DNA from: a virus | Virus record (IMG/VR): IMGVR_UViG_3300037333_000013 | Coordinates: 100,668 to 164,667 of that record | DNA length: 64,000 nucleotides | Direction: 5' to 3' (one strand) | Shown: positions 17,591 through 27,900 of the stretch, piece after piece | Numbering within the stretch: the first letter of the stretch is position 1 | Layout: each line of letters opens with the position of its first letter | The notes under the pieces: generated by a model | The model's database searches: none | Told to the model about the DNA's origin: nothing | Seen by the model: only the letters and a program-made list of their open reading frames with translations | Position numbers and translations under genes: made by a program

Positions 17591-18197
17591 TTCCTTTTAC
17601 TCTAATTTTTCTAGCTAATTTGACATCGCTCGTTGTGTCAACCTCTACGAAGTAACGATAATGGTAACTCTCAAGGATACTCTTATCTTTCTTACCAAGC
17701 TCATATGATTTACCATTACCATCTTTACCATTAAAGCCTATCATATATTCAATGGGACACACAGTATCGCCATACATAAATTGTATTGCGTTGTATCTGA
17801 GTTCCTTTTCACTACGTGTTAATTTAATTATATATAATTCAAAACTATGTCTTATGCCTTGTTTTCCGATCACGTACTTTGTATTAATTATGTTTGAGCG
17901 GTAGATCGCATACCACATATCATCATATGTTTTACGTTGTGTTGGTGCGACTTTGTTAAAAATTATATAATTTAAAACAAAATGTCTGTTTGGTCCTCTG
18001 TATTTTTCAATGTGTTTGTATTGTTTTTTTACATCGTTTAAGTTATTTAAGAATGTTGAAACATGCGAATACCCACCACATATTTCAAAGTCAAACTCTT
18101 TAAGTTCCTTATCTTCAACGTGTTTATATCCAAAAGCCATTACGTGCTCAACCTCTTTTAGTGCATCTCTATATGCCTTTATCGTTCCTTTTCTCAT
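17568..18197 (-). CDS. Hypothetical basic protein
   Basis: 209-aa ORF with AAGGA SD. Confidence 0.75.
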   Translation of the reverse strand: MRKGTIKAYRDALKEVEHVMAFGYKHVEDKELKEFDFEICGGYSHVSTFLNNLNDVKKQYKHIEKYRGPNRHFVLNYIIFNKVAPTQRKTYDDMWYAIYRSNIINTKYVIGKQGIRHSFELYIIKLTRSEKELRYNAIQFMYGDTVCPIEYMIGFNGKDGNGKSYELGKKDKSILESYHYRYFVEVDTTSDVKLARKIRVKGIENVCIK

Positions 18198-18282
18198 TTA
18201 TTGTTTTCCTTTATTGCTTATATTCTTCATTAACCTTTTGATAAGGCACAGTACTAACACCGTAGTAATGATATACAAACAA

Positions 18283-18310
18283 TTATTAGCTAGGAAATCC
18301 TAGCTAATAA
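18283..18310 (-). terminator. Hairpin overlapping the dUTPase stop
   Basis: TTATTAGCTAGGA-AA-TCCTAGCTAATAA. Confidence 0.6.
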
Positions 18311-18890
18311 CATCTTTGTAGATTTCCTCTAGTGCGTTATAGATACTATCAATATCTTTGTGAACTTCTATAGCTGCTGCAATGTAGGTATTATCTTCTA
18401 CACCACCCCACATCTTAATGTATTCTCCGTCAGCATACCCATAGTTCTTTCTGAGTTTGTTTAAAGCATACTTTCCATAATAGATTCTTAACAGTGTATT
18501 GGTATCTAGTTTATACATATCACATAGCAATTCTATAACAGTAAGTCTAGTATTGATGCGTCTATCAAAGATTAAGAGTGCTAAGAGTTCGTCTAATTCT
18601 TTTGTTGTAATCACACATTCACCACTACACGGATTCACGAGTTCCGAAGATAGAACGAAGTGCAACAAGTCAACAATCTCAATATGCACATTTTCAATAT
18701 CGTCTTTTCCATCTTTCCAATGCTTATAGTTTGTAGACTCGATGAGTTCACCTACTTCAGCTTGTATACATAATTCAAAGTTTATCTTCTTGCCTGTTCT
18801 TTTGCAGATTCCGTGTTTATACTCATTACATAGCTCTGTATTTAACTCGTCTTGTAATCTAAGTAACTGCTCTTTCTTCTCTAATAACAT
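18300..18890 (-). CDS. dut: Dimeric all-alpha dUTPase (dUTPase_2, Campylobacter-type); start revised to 18890
   Basis: LQDELN, E..ELIES..YKHWK, EIVDLLHF, YYGKYALN.LR..GY..G.Y.K.W.G.EDN; AAGGA SD. Confidence 0.9.
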   Translation of the reverse strand: MLLEKKEQLLRLQDELNTELCNEYKHGICKRTGKKINFELCIQAEVGELIESTNYKHWKDGKDDIENVHIEIVDLLHFVLSSELVNPCSGECVITTKELDELLALLIFDRRINTRLTVIELLCDMYKLDTNTLLRIYYGKYALNKLRKNYGYADGEYIKMWGGVEDNTYIAAAIEVHKDIDSIYNALEEIYKDVIS

Positions 18891-18939
18891 TTGTATCCTT
18901 TGTATTTTTTCATATAATGTCAATATTAATAATAAATTA

Positions 18940-20370
18940 CTATTGTCTAATAGAGTTTGCAATGATAACGATGTCTTTATCTATCTCTAGTGTTCCTGTA
19001 ACGATGATTGGTAACGACTCGTCGATTTCATTCTTCTTAAAGTATAATACAGTGAACTCTTGTTTTCCGTCTGTAACGGCAACCTTTGTCATAGAGGGGT
19101 AGTAGTGTACCTTCATTACTTCTAGGTCTTGTATCTCATAAGTTGGGTATGGATTACTATTTCCGAATGGTCGGTTCTCTTCAATCCATGCAACCTCTTC
19201 CATTATATCACAAGCATCTATCTTACTGCTCTCCACAGAGTCACTATACTCTATATTATGCTCTTCTAAGTACTTGCTAAAAAGAGTGATAAAGTTATCG
19301 ATTGCGTCATTTGTATATTTGATACTGACACCATTTGCCATATTATGTCCACCATAATGACCAATCGTACCCGGGGCATTGTCATTAATGTATTTGTAGA
19401 TGTCTAAAAGTGGCAGTTGCTGTATTGCACGAGCAGAACCATTCAGATACCCATCTTTATTCTTTAATACGAATGTCGGCTTATTCAGGTCATTACCAAT
19501 TCTACCGGCAACCAACCCTGCTAGAGAAGACATTGCGTCCGATGGCATAACGATAATAGACATTGTATCCAATGACTTGTTAGCTCTTAGTTGTGGTTTG
19601 ATGAAGTCAATCAGTTCCGTTGTCATCTTCTTACGCTCTTTGTTCAGTAAGTCTAATTCACACATAGACTGTTTATGTCCTAACAAGGCTCTCACAGCGA
19701 CTTCTGGTCTCCCCAATCTATGAGACGAATTAATAAGTGGTCCTAGGTTAATAGAAATCCATCTATCGTGCACTCTCTTCTTTCTAGATACTTTTAGCAT
19801 ATGTTTAATAAAGATATCCTCTTTGAGTTCATCAACATAGTGGTGATACAACGGTACGTTCCTACCTGTCATAGGCATCTGGTCCACTAAGTTTGCTACC
19901 ACGACGTACTGTGTCAATCTCTCAATATAGTCATCACCTATCTTCTCTTCCAAGTATTCTCGTAATACACCGGCACCAGATAATCCTTTATCATAATTAC
20001 ATTTTGAGTAGTATGGATTATAAATCTCATCACACACTTCTTCTAACGCTTCTTCATCTGGAATAATATGATGGTCTGTTACAACAATATATACGTTCTT
20101 TCTTTGTTCTCGTAAGTATACGAGTGCATCAACTGAGCTACTTCCATGGTCGGCAGTAAGGAAGATAAATGATTCATTGTTATCTGTCTTTTCTAATGTC
20201 ATATCGATAGTGTGTTTAGACACACCACGAGGATACTTATTGTTAAGTATAATATGTTCGAATGGTATACTACAATGTTTAAAACATTTAATTCCTATAA
20301 CGGCAGAGAGTATTCCGTCTGCATCGTAATCCGTACTTAATATCACTTTCGTCGCTTTATTTAATGTCAT
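18940..20370 (-). CDS. recJ: RecJ-like single-stranded DNA exonuclease (DHH/DHHA1); start revised to 20370
   Basis: DYDADG, TADHG, VTDHH, SGAGV, PLINSSHRLG, GSAR, GGH and RPFGNSNP. Confidence 0.93.
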   Translation of the reverse strand: MTLNKATKVILSTDYDADGILSAVIGIKCFKHCSIPFEHIILNNKYPRGVSKHTIDMTLEKTDNNESFIFLTADHGSSSVDALVYLREQRKNVYIVVTDHHIIPDEEALEEVCDEIYNPYYSKCNYDKGLSGAGVLREYLEEKIGDDYIERLTQYVVVANLVDQMPMTGRNVPLYHHYVDELKEDIFIKHMLKVSRKKRVHDRWISINLGPLINSSHRLGRPEVAVRALLGHKQSMCELDLLNKERKKMTTELIDFIKPQLRANKSLDTMSIIVMPSDAMSSLAGLVAGRIGNDLNKPTFVLKNKDGYLNGSARAIQQLPLLDIYKYINDNAPGTIGHYGGHNMANGVSIKYTNDAIDNFITLFSKYLEEHNIEYSDSVESSKIDACDIMEEVAWIEENRPFGNSNPYPTYEIQDLEVMKVHYYPSMTKVAVTDGKQEFTVLYFKKNEIDESLPIIVTGTLEIDKDIVIIANSIRQ

Positions 20371-20414
20371 AATGACTCCTTTATCATGAAACCTCCAAAG
20401 AAAGAAAAAGAGAG

Positions 20415-20446
20415 AGTATGTATGTGGGATATCCCACATACATACT
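20415..20446. terminator. 32-bp perfect palindrome, probable terminator
   Basis: AGTATGTATGTGGGAT|ATCCCACATACATACT. Confidence 0.7.
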
Positions 20447-20924
20447 AATTAAACGAATACTCATCATAGATTACAGATAATCCATTTATGAGTGTTTGGT
20501 ACTCACTCTCTTCCAAGTCAGACTTCAGTACTTCCGTCATCTTATCTAAAACAACCAATTGTTCATTATCGTCATCCTCAACTTCATCGAGTATCTTAAT
20601 TGTCTCATCAAGACCGAGTAGCTTTTTACAAATGACTAAGTGACTGTTGTCGACATCTGTTCCGATGGTTAACGTATCATAGATATGCACAATAGACTTC
20701 ACCATTGTATGTACAGAAATCTTTGTAAGAACAGAGTCTTTCTCAATCACTGTTTCCGTAAGTTTATCCATCAATAGTTTACCGACATCTAAGTTAGCTT
20801 CATACGCTTCTTCTACATTCATTCCGTCTTTAATATCGTCTAGTACAGCATATACTGATTTTAGACCAATAACAGTTGCTAGCTCTGCGAATGCAACATA
20901 ATCTTTACTCTTTAGTCTGTCCAT
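20445..20924 (-). CDS. Acidic hypothetical protein
   Basis: Start revised to ATG 20924, which has a GGAG SD. Confidence 0.75.
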   Translation of the reverse strand: MDRLKSKDYVAFAELATVIGLKSVYAVLDDIKDGMNVEEAYEANLDVGKLLMDKLTETVIEKDSVLTKISVHTMVKSIVHIYDTLTIGTDVDNSHLVICKKLLGLDETIKILDEVEDDDNEQLVVLDKMTEVLKSDLEESEYQTLINGLSVIYDEYSFN

Positions 20925-21591
20925 AGTTAATCTCCATAACATTTATTTTTAAGTTTCTCTCATTGAGTTTTCTTAACTCAATGTCTGTATCCTCGTTCAA
21001 CTTAGAAAAACTAAGTTTTCTTTTCAGCTCTCCATCAACGATAAAGAATGTGTGTTCTTTTTCATCTTTATCACTGATGATAAGTAATCCGTCAAGTGTT
21101 CTTATTTTCTCTTTATTATCGAACACAAAAGCGATATCTTGGTATCCATATCTCCTACTAGTAAAGATAGCTTCATCAGAGTCAGACCCATAAATCAGTA
21201 TCTCCCCATCTAGTCCTACATAAGCATCTCTAACAGAGCCACCTAAGTATGCTCTACACTTTGTGAGCTTTGTTGCTTTTGGTGCTTCGGTCACTGCAAT
21301 GATATCCCCGGATAATACCATAGCATTGTGGTCGTCGTTTGGTCTCTTTCTAAAGAGCATATATTTAGACTCTTTAAATTTAGAGTTCCAACCTTCGTAA
21401 CTTCTCACACATTTGAACCCCAAGTCAGTGTATGGTAAGATGTGTTCTCCAGGCTCAGTTGAGAGAACAAATGTTTTGTTCTCATCTTTCACATGGTGAA
21501 GAATTTCACCTTTCTCACAATGTACCTCGTTCTCACCATCTCCATAGACTAAGAAGTCGTCTCCGTATGTTACTTTATAGAAGTCTTTCAT
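20905..21591 (-). CDS. Hypothetical protein
   Basis: Start revised to ATG 21591, which has an AAGGA SD. Confidence 0.75.
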   Translation of the reverse strand: MKDFYKVTYGDDFLVYGDGENEVHCEKGEILHHVKDENKTFVLSTEPGEHILPYTDLGFKCVRSYEGWNSKFKESKYMLFRKRPNDDHNAMVLSGDIIAVTEAPKATKLTKCRAYLGGSVRDAYVGLDGEILIYGSDSDEAIFTSRRYGYQDIAFVFDNKEKIRTLDGLLIISDKDEKEHTFFIVDGELKRKLSFSKLNEDTDIELRKLNERNLKINVMEINYGQTKE

Positions 21592-22789
21592 CAATTTTCC
21601 TTTTCTCTTTAATTTTCTCTTTAATTGTTTCAATAGCGGTTGTTCTGTATACCAATGTTTTTTCTACATCAGTAATGTTCGTCTCTAACAAAGCTCTTTT
21701 TCTATTATCTATCTCTTTGTCAGTAAATCCTCGTTGTTTATAACATCGTTCAATGTCTTTCTCATCTGTATCTAGAAAGAATATGCTAGATTGTATGTTG
21801 ATAGATTTACTAAACTCAATAGCTCGCTTCATAGATATAAATGATACGACAGAGAGAGCACCAGTAGGTTCTCCATATCCATAGATTGTATCTTCTGTTG
21901 ACTCGAATGTATATGGTAAAGTCACACGCAACTTATCCATAACATCTTTCTCAACACACCACGTTGTATCATCGTCACTTCTCTTCTCTCTTGTGGAGAA
22001 TACCTTTACTGGAATAGCATCCAGTTCATTCGATAATGCGTTCTCTAGAGTTGTCTTACCACTGCACGATGCACCAACAAGTATGATGCAGTGCTTCTCA
22101 CGATATGAGAACATGCGTGTATCAGTTTTTACCATATTGATATGTCTATTTGATAAGAGTTCTCTAGCGATGTTCATATCTATCTCTTTTGTCGTTGTAA
22201 TTGCTCCATTCGAAGCACCACGTATGAATCTTCTACAATAGTCTTCACTCCGTATATCTGACGAGTTGTACTTTGCTGTTGCCCACGCTGGAGGAATGGT
22301 GTGTACAATACCCATGATGACCATAGTGTTTAAGTATCTAAGAGAAGCTGTTAAGAACTCAACACCTCCACCCATTATCACTGTTGTATCATCTTCAAGA
22401 GTGATGAGTGTTGATAAGAGTGAGAGTCCTTCGTGTGTGAAGTCTGTATAGATGCGTTCGCATCTACTCCCTTTTATCTTCGTTACTTTCTTCGTTACAC
22501 CAATATATGAGTCTTCAACTATCGTATAGTTAACACTTGGAAGTTTACTTACTTGCTTCGTCGCTGTGATAACTGTAATGTTGTTTACGCATTCGTTAAA
22601 TGCGACAGAACGCACAAGTGATTCGTCGTATGACCCTATGACAAAGACAGACATACTCTGATAATTCTTCAACGCGTTCTCTATGTTGTCTAATCCCTTT
22701 ACGAGTACTCTACAATTATCCCACTCCTCGAACATACTTGCTATGGTTATCCCATCTAGATTCTTTTCTACTATTACTATGTTTTTCAT
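21575..22789 (-). CDS. Two-domain protein with a C-terminal guanylate-kinase-like P-loop domain
   Basis: IILVGASCSGKTT, STREKR and IYGY in the C-terminal half. Confidence 0.7.
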   Translation of the reverse strand: MKNIVIVEKNLDGITIASMFEEWDNCRVLVKGLDNIENALKNYQSMSVFVIGSYDESLVRSVAFNECVNNITVITATKQVSKLPSVNYTIVEDSYIGVTKKVTKIKGSRCERIYTDFTHEGLSLLSTLITLEDDTTVIMGGGVEFLTASLRYLNTMVIMGIVHTIPPAWATAKYNSSDIRSEDYCRRFIRGASNGAITTTKEIDMNIARELLSNRHINMVKTDTRMFSYREKHCIILVGASCSGKTTLENALSNELDAIPVKVFSTREKRSDDDTTWCVEKDVMDKLRVTLPYTFESTEDTIYGYGEPTGALSVVSFISMKRAIEFSKSINIQSSIFFLDTDEKDIERCYKQRGFTDKEIDNRKRALLETNITDVEKTLVYRTTAIETIKEKIKEKRKIDERLL

Positions 22790-22841
22790 TTGGTTTCCTT
22801 ATAAATTTAATTTACGATTAACTACAAGTTAGTAGCACAGT

Positions 22842-22851
22842 AATAATATAT
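22842..22851 (-). promoter_or_regulatory. Early-promoter-like motif
   Basis: ATATATTATT with an upstream T7. Confidence 0.55.
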
Positions 22852-22868
22852 AGATAGAAAAAAATAGT

Positions 22869-22892
22869 AGTATGGTGCAGTTGCACCATACT
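22869..22892 (-). terminator. Hairpin terminator
   Basis: AGTATGGTGCA-GT-TGCACCATACT followed by a minus-strand T-run. Confidence 0.7.
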
Positions 22893-22893
22893 C

Positions 22894-23781
22894 TTAAAAT
22901 AGTTTGTCTACTTTATACTCACGCATCAAATTTAACATTTGATTATTGAACATATCCACTTTTAATGCGGATTTAAATGTTCCTACTGAGAATACGATGC
23001 CGGTCTTCTTATACAGTGGGTTATTTAAATATGTATAAACGATAGGTATGAGTGTGTATGGTGACTCTAAACCAATGAGTAACGGCAATCTATGTGTTCC
23101 AAACACGACACCACCGACAGCATCGTTTACTACCTCTTGAGTCACACTTCGCAATGTCTTAGAACAATCTTCTATTCCCGAGAGTACTTCACATACCTTC
23201 GCAATAGAGTCCATATTGACACCATTGATATACGTCTTCAAATCATTCTCGTGCAACTTCTCACCAATAGTATTCATTTGTGCTACACCGATACACGCAT
23301 CAATTCTATCATAGTCCGTTACCATATTAGTAGCGTAGACAGCTAAGATGTTATTGAGTACGAGACTGTCTGATATAGATAAATTGAGAGCATTCTTCAA
23401 TCTCCCACCAACGAGTATCTGAATGACTTTGATGTAGAACTGTTTGAACATATCAATCTCATTATTGTCAACAAGTATTCCTGAAAGCAACGGTATGCCA
23501 AAAGATAGTCGTAAGTTAATAATCTCTTCTAACTCAAACTTCTCAGTATTTTTTACGTAAGGTCTTAAGTCAATAATTGTCTTGTCATCTATCTTATAGG
23601 GGTAATGGAAAACAGGTAGTTCCTTTTCTATTACATTTCTTCCAGTAATGATAGAGATACCTCTCTTTGGTCTCACACCATAGGTTAAGTCAGAACCAAG
23701 TAACTCTGACCTTAACATGTGTTCATCATACATAATAAGAGAGCCAAGTGTAGTCTCTTGTGGTAATTTTATCATAATCAT
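22894..23781 (-). CDS. Conserved phiKZ gp32-like virion-associated protein
   Basis: P.ETT.GS, LPVFHYP, IIDLRPY and GLESPYT motifs; divergent from the terminase. Confidence 0.55.
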   Translation of the reverse strand: MIMIKLPQETTLGSLIMYDEHMLRSELLGSDLTYGVRPKRGISIITGRNVIEKELPVFHYPYKIDDKTIIDLRPYVKNTEKFELEEIINLRLSFGIPLLSGILVDNNEIDMFKQFYIKVIQILVGGRLKNALNLSISDSLVLNNILAVYATNMVTDYDRIDACIGVAQMNTIGEKLHENDLKTYINGVNMDSIAKVCEVLSGIEDCSKTLRSVTQEVVNDAVGGVVFGTHRLPLLIGLESPYTLIPIVYTYLNNPLYKKTGIVFSVGTFKSALKVDMFNNQMLNLMREYKVDKLF

Positions 23782-23839
23782 CCTTTTTATAATCTCATTA
23801 AAGCCAGAATCGACTTTATTGACATAGAAAAGGATAATT

Positions 23840-25954
23840 ATGATTCTATTTAAAAAAGATTGGAAGAAGTATAAGGGTGCGATTGTTGACTATAAAACAA
23901 CAAATATCGAAGCACTAAAGACGGCATTCATATATGAGAAGATGGGTGTGAAGAATTGGCAGTTTATACTCGCACTTCATAATCCAGAACTACAAGGTAT
24001 TGACCCACTAGCAAATGACTTACCTAGACACATTAGAGACATGATTCACGATGAGATGAGTGAGAATCCATGGTACTATTTTAGGGAAGTGGCTAGGGTC
24101 CCAGCAAAAGGTGCGATTGAACCAGTTAGGTTTAGACTCAACCGTGCCAATGTGGCACTCTATTGGTGTTACTTTAACCATAAGACAACACTGCTGATAC
24201 AAGCTAGACAAACAGGAAAGTCACTCTCTACAAACCAACTCTATGTATGGATAATAATGTTTGGTTCTGAGAATTATAGTATAGAACTCTTAACGAAAGA
24301 TAACAAGCTACGTGTAGAGAACATTGATGTACTAAAGAAGATTATTGACTTATTACCATCGTGGATGAACTTCCGTTCCAAGAAAGACTCCAACAATAAT
24401 GAATATATCAGCATTAATGCAAAACGCAATAGTTTTAACACAAACGTAGCACAGATGACAGAGACAGGTGCATTTAAAGTAGGTAGGGGTCTTACTGCAC
24501 CAACAGTTGGGGTGGATGAGATTTGTTTTATCTCAAACCTTAGCATTACGTTATCTGCACTACTACCATCAATGGGTGCTGCGAGAGATTCAGCAAGAGA
24601 TTCTGGACAACCATATGGTACTATGTTCTATACGACAGCTGGTTTTCTAGACGACCCTGTTGGAGAATATGTTTACGATGAGATATACTCAAAGGCATAC
24701 CCATTTAGAGAAGAACTCTTTGATTGCGAAGATGTGAAAGCAGTTGATGATGTTGTTGGCAAAGTATCAAAAGCTGGTATTGCACTCATAGAGATGAACC
24801 ACAGGAAATTAGGGTATACCGATGAATGGGTTAAAGATAAGATGGCAACAGCATTGGCTAAAGGAGAACGTGCCGCCGCAGACTACCTTTTGATATGGTC
24901 TAGGGGTAAAGTAACATCTGCACTAGATAAAAATATTATTAAGAGGTTGGAGAACTCTATTCGTGACTCAGAGTCAAATGAGATAACCCCAGAGAACTTA
25001 ACAATAGAGTGGTATATAAGCGACGAGAAACGCGACGAGTATCGCAATAAACCATTCGTGATTGGTCTAGATACATCGAGTGCATTTGGCGATGATGATA
25101 TTGGTATGCATCTACGATGCCCACTATCAGGAGAAACGTTAGGGAAAGGGAAGTATAACAATATCTCACTCAGTACGTTTGGTGAGTTCATGTATAACTT
25201 TATGATGAAGTATAAGAAATCTATCTTAGTGATAGAACGACACTCGTCAGCTATGGGCATATTAGACCACTTAGAGTCACTCTTCCGTGCATCCGGAGAA
25301 AATATCTTCAAACGTGTCTTTAACTGGGTAGTAGATGATTACAAAGCAAGGGAGAATGAATATAGAGAGCTACTATACGGCGATGGTCAACGCAATCCAG
25401 AAGTTTTCTACATTAAACATAGAAAGAAGTTTGGGTTTGTCACAGCTGGTGCAGGTAAATCATCTCGTAATATGCTTTACTCCGAAGTACTGATGGAGTC
25501 TATTAAGTATACTGGTGACTTAACACACGATAGGAACTTGGTATACCAAATGATTAAACTAGAAGTGAAAGATGGTAGAATTGACCACAAAAGTGGTGAA
25601 CACGATGACCTCGTCTTTGCTTATATGTTGACGTACTGGTTCTTGACACGTGCGAAGAACTTAAAATATTATGGTATCAACCCAAACTTGGTATTAAGTA
25701 GCGTGGTGATTAAAGATGAAGAGATGATAGATGAACGTGCGGATATGCAAGATAGAGCAAAACGTAAAAAGCTCATTGATGAGATGGCTAGCATTCTAGA
25801 CACTATGGAAGTGACTGGTGACAGGGTACTTGTTTACAAGTTAAATCATAGATTAAAGATTTTAAAGACGAAGCTAAAAGATTCGGATATCTTGAGTTTA
25901 AACATAGAGGAGAGAATCAGTGAGTTATCGAAAAGACATAAGGTTGGATTATGA
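23840..25954 (+). CDS. terL: Terminase large subunit (phiKZ gp25-like)
   Basis: NPWYYFREV, Walker A RQTGKS, GRGLT..VGVDE Walker B, TTAG, nuclease GLDTS and HDDLVFA. Confidence 0.95.
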   Translation: MILFKKDWKKYKGAIVDYKTTNIEALKTAFIYEKMGVKNWQFILALHNPELQGIDPLANDLPRHIRDMIHDEMSENPWYYFREVARVPAKGAIEPVRFRLNRANVALYWCYFNHKTTLLIQARQTGKSLSTNQLYVWIIMFGSENYSIELLTKDNKLRVENIDVLKKIIDLLPSWMNFRSKKDSNNNEYISINAKRNSFNTNVAQMTETGAFKVGRGLTAPTVGVDEICFISNLSITLSALLPSMGAARDSARDSGQPYGTMFYTTAGFLDDPVGEYVYDEIYSKAYPFREELFDCEDVKAVDDVVGKVSKAGIALIEMNHRKLGYTDEWVKDKMATALAKGERAAADYLLIWSRGKVTSALDKNIIKRLENSIRDSESNEITPENLTIEWYISDEKRDEYRNKPFVIGLDTSSAFGDDDIGMHLRCPLSGETLGKGKYNNISLSTFGEFMYNFMMKYKKSILVIERHSSAMGILDHLESLFRASGENIFKRVFNWVVDDYKARENEYRELLYGDGQRNPEVFYIKHRKKFGFVTAGAGKSSRNMLYSEVLMESIKYTGDLTHDRNLVYQMIKLEVKDGRIDHKSGEHDDLVFAYMLTYWFLTRAKNLKYYGINPNLVLSSVVIKDEEMIDERADMQDRAKRKKLIDEMASILDTMEVTGDRVLVYKLNHRLKILKTKLKDSDILSLNIEERISELSKRHKVGL

Positions 25955-26277
25955 GAGCAAGTATAAATGAGATAGAAGTATACGTACAAGAAGGAGAACA
26001 TGAAAAGACAGATTGGACGTTTTATGGAAAACTCAATGATGATGATGAGTATGAGAAGTACTTTGAGTCACTAGACAATGAGACATACTTATTGAATATC
26101 AGTATGTCTTTAAAAGATGAAGATGGTAACGACATTGACCCAGAGTTGATTACTTCTGGTAAACTTGTGGTTGCACTAACTATAAATGGTGAGAAAACAC
26201 AAGACTTTGAATTTGAATGTACACAGCATACCGGATTCCCATATGAATTCCCACTCACATTTCCAATAGAGGAGTAG
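25951..26277 (+). CDS. Small acidic beta-rich putative structural protein
   Basis: Coupled to the terminase; HEKTDW motif; C-terminal GFPYEFPLTF. Confidence 0.65.
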   Translation: MRASINEIEVYVQEGEHEKTDWTFYGKLNDDDEYEKYFESLDNETYLLNISMSLKDEDGNDIDPELITSGKLVVALTINGEKTQDFEFECTQHTGFPYEFPLTFPIEE

Positions 26278-26280
26278 TAA

Positions 26281-27897
26281 ATGATTAAGACAGTAAATGT
26301 ATCAGATATACCATTACCAGACGGTGTATCCATAGAGAGTGCAGATTGGTATTATAGCACGAAAGCAGACTTCTCAGATGAGGCTCTTCCAACAGAAGAA
26401 GAGTCTGATGATATCTATGAGAAGACATTCGAATATGACTTCTACGAGGACAGTATCTTATATGTAAAGGCAATTTTAAATGGCGGTGATGATAAAGAGT
26501 ACCATACGAATATTATCGTTGTAACAAAGCATTACAATAAGATGCTTGTGAATGGGATTGTCTATGCACCAATTGTTTCGTGTTCGCTTCGTGTAGATAG
26601 AGGTGGTGCAACACTAAACATTAACAGACCAATATTCTATTTCGACTCCTATGAACATACCAGTACAAGCTATCAAGTAGAAGATGCAAATGGGAACGTC
26701 GTTTATAGTAGAATGTATGATAAAGATAATCTACTTGGAATTACTATACCAATACCTGAGGCATACAGACGTTCTACACTCGTATTCTCAGTGAGATATG
26801 AGTTCCAAGATACAATAGAAGATGTATGGGGTAGGTCTCTTAAAGTCTATGTAGATGATAGTATCGATGTATCTCTGGATAAACAGTTTGTCTATCGAGG
26901 TGAAGATAGTGTGTTAACTGTTCTGGCAAACGATAATCATACAGGAAACTTGATTTATCATTTAGAAGATATGCGTGGTGTGAGACTCACAGATGATATG
27001 GAACTCTCTGATACACTATTTATTGGTGCGACGGATATTGCTGGCGTGAAGTTCTTTAACGTTTGTATAGAGGAAAAAGATGGTGTGGATAACGGTATTG
27101 TGAAGATAAAGATACAAGCAAAAGAGCCAAGAGCTATCTATGTAGATGAAATGATTAAGCCATCTGTTGTGGAAGTAACTGGGACGTCACCAGATACATT
27201 TAGTATCCGTGCCGTGAGAGAAAGTCATTTCTTGGATAAAAACAGTGATGACTATATTGATATCTACAAACAGTCTGATGATACTGTATCGTTGGTCTAT
27301 GAGGATGTTCTCTACTTAGATAAATTCGACAATGGGTTGTTTACAATGTATGTCAGCGATAACCACGTATTAATAGGGTATGTCAATAGTGATGATGAGA
27401 TGAAGTTGCTTTATTGTGAGTATAACAACAGTCTATCGTTACTGTCAGATTACACCGTGACCAGTGATGCTTTTGTAGTCATCTATAATCGTACAATCTA
27501 CTATAAAGAAGGTGATGTAGTAAAATATATTAAACCTTATAACGGAGAGTCTGGTGAAATTGATGGCGACTTCGATGCGATAGAAGATGTTACGCATGTG
27601 AGTCCAATTGGAGAAACGTTCTTTGTTGCAAACAAGAATGGCGAGTTTTATAACAGTGTGGATAGTGATACACAATACACATACAGTGACTCTGATGTTG
27701 ATTATCTCAGACTCTACCCTACACACACTGGTGTTGTTTTTGTATACGGAATTAAAGGAGATAGTTATATTGCTATCAAATACTTTGATAATGTAACACA
27801 AGAAATAGAGACACTTAAAGAGATAGATGGCGATGTTGATGATTATATGGCACTCTTTGATATTGTATCAGATACCATCAAAATGATGAAAGGATAG
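26281..27897 (+). CDS. Acidic beta-rich putative virion protein
   Basis: 538 aa; SADWYY and HTSTSY motifs; between terminase and sheath. Confidence 0.7.
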   Translation: MIKTVNVSDIPLPDGVSIESADWYYSTKADFSDEALPTEEESDDIYEKTFEYDFYEDSILYVKAILNGGDDKEYHTNIIVVTKHYNKMLVNGIVYAPIVSCSLRVDRGGATLNINRPIFYFDSYEHTSTSYQVEDANGNVVYSRMYDKDNLLGITIPIPEAYRRSTLVFSVRYEFQDTIEDVWGRSLKVYVDDSIDVSLDKQFVYRGEDSVLTVLANDNHTGNLIYHLEDMRGVRLTDDMELSDTLFIGATDIAGVKFFNVCIEEKDGVDNGIVKIKIQAKEPRAIYVDEMIKPSVVEVTGTSPDTFSIRAVRESHFLDKNSDDYIDIYKQSDDTVSLVYEDVLYLDKFDNGLFTMYVSDNHVLIGYVNSDDEMKLLYCEYNNSLSLLSDYTVTSDAFVVIYNRTIYYKEGDVVKYIKPYNGESGEIDGDFDAIEDVTHVSPIGETFFVANKNGEFYNSVDSDTQYTYSDSDVDYLRLYPTHTGVVFVYGIKGDSYIAIKYFDNVTQEIETLKEIDGDVDDYMALFDIVSDTIKMMKG

Positions 27898-27900
27898 ACA

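Noticed and set aside
20905-21591. Faint resemblance to the DHFR C-terminus
   Set aside because: N-terminal DHFR motifs are absent
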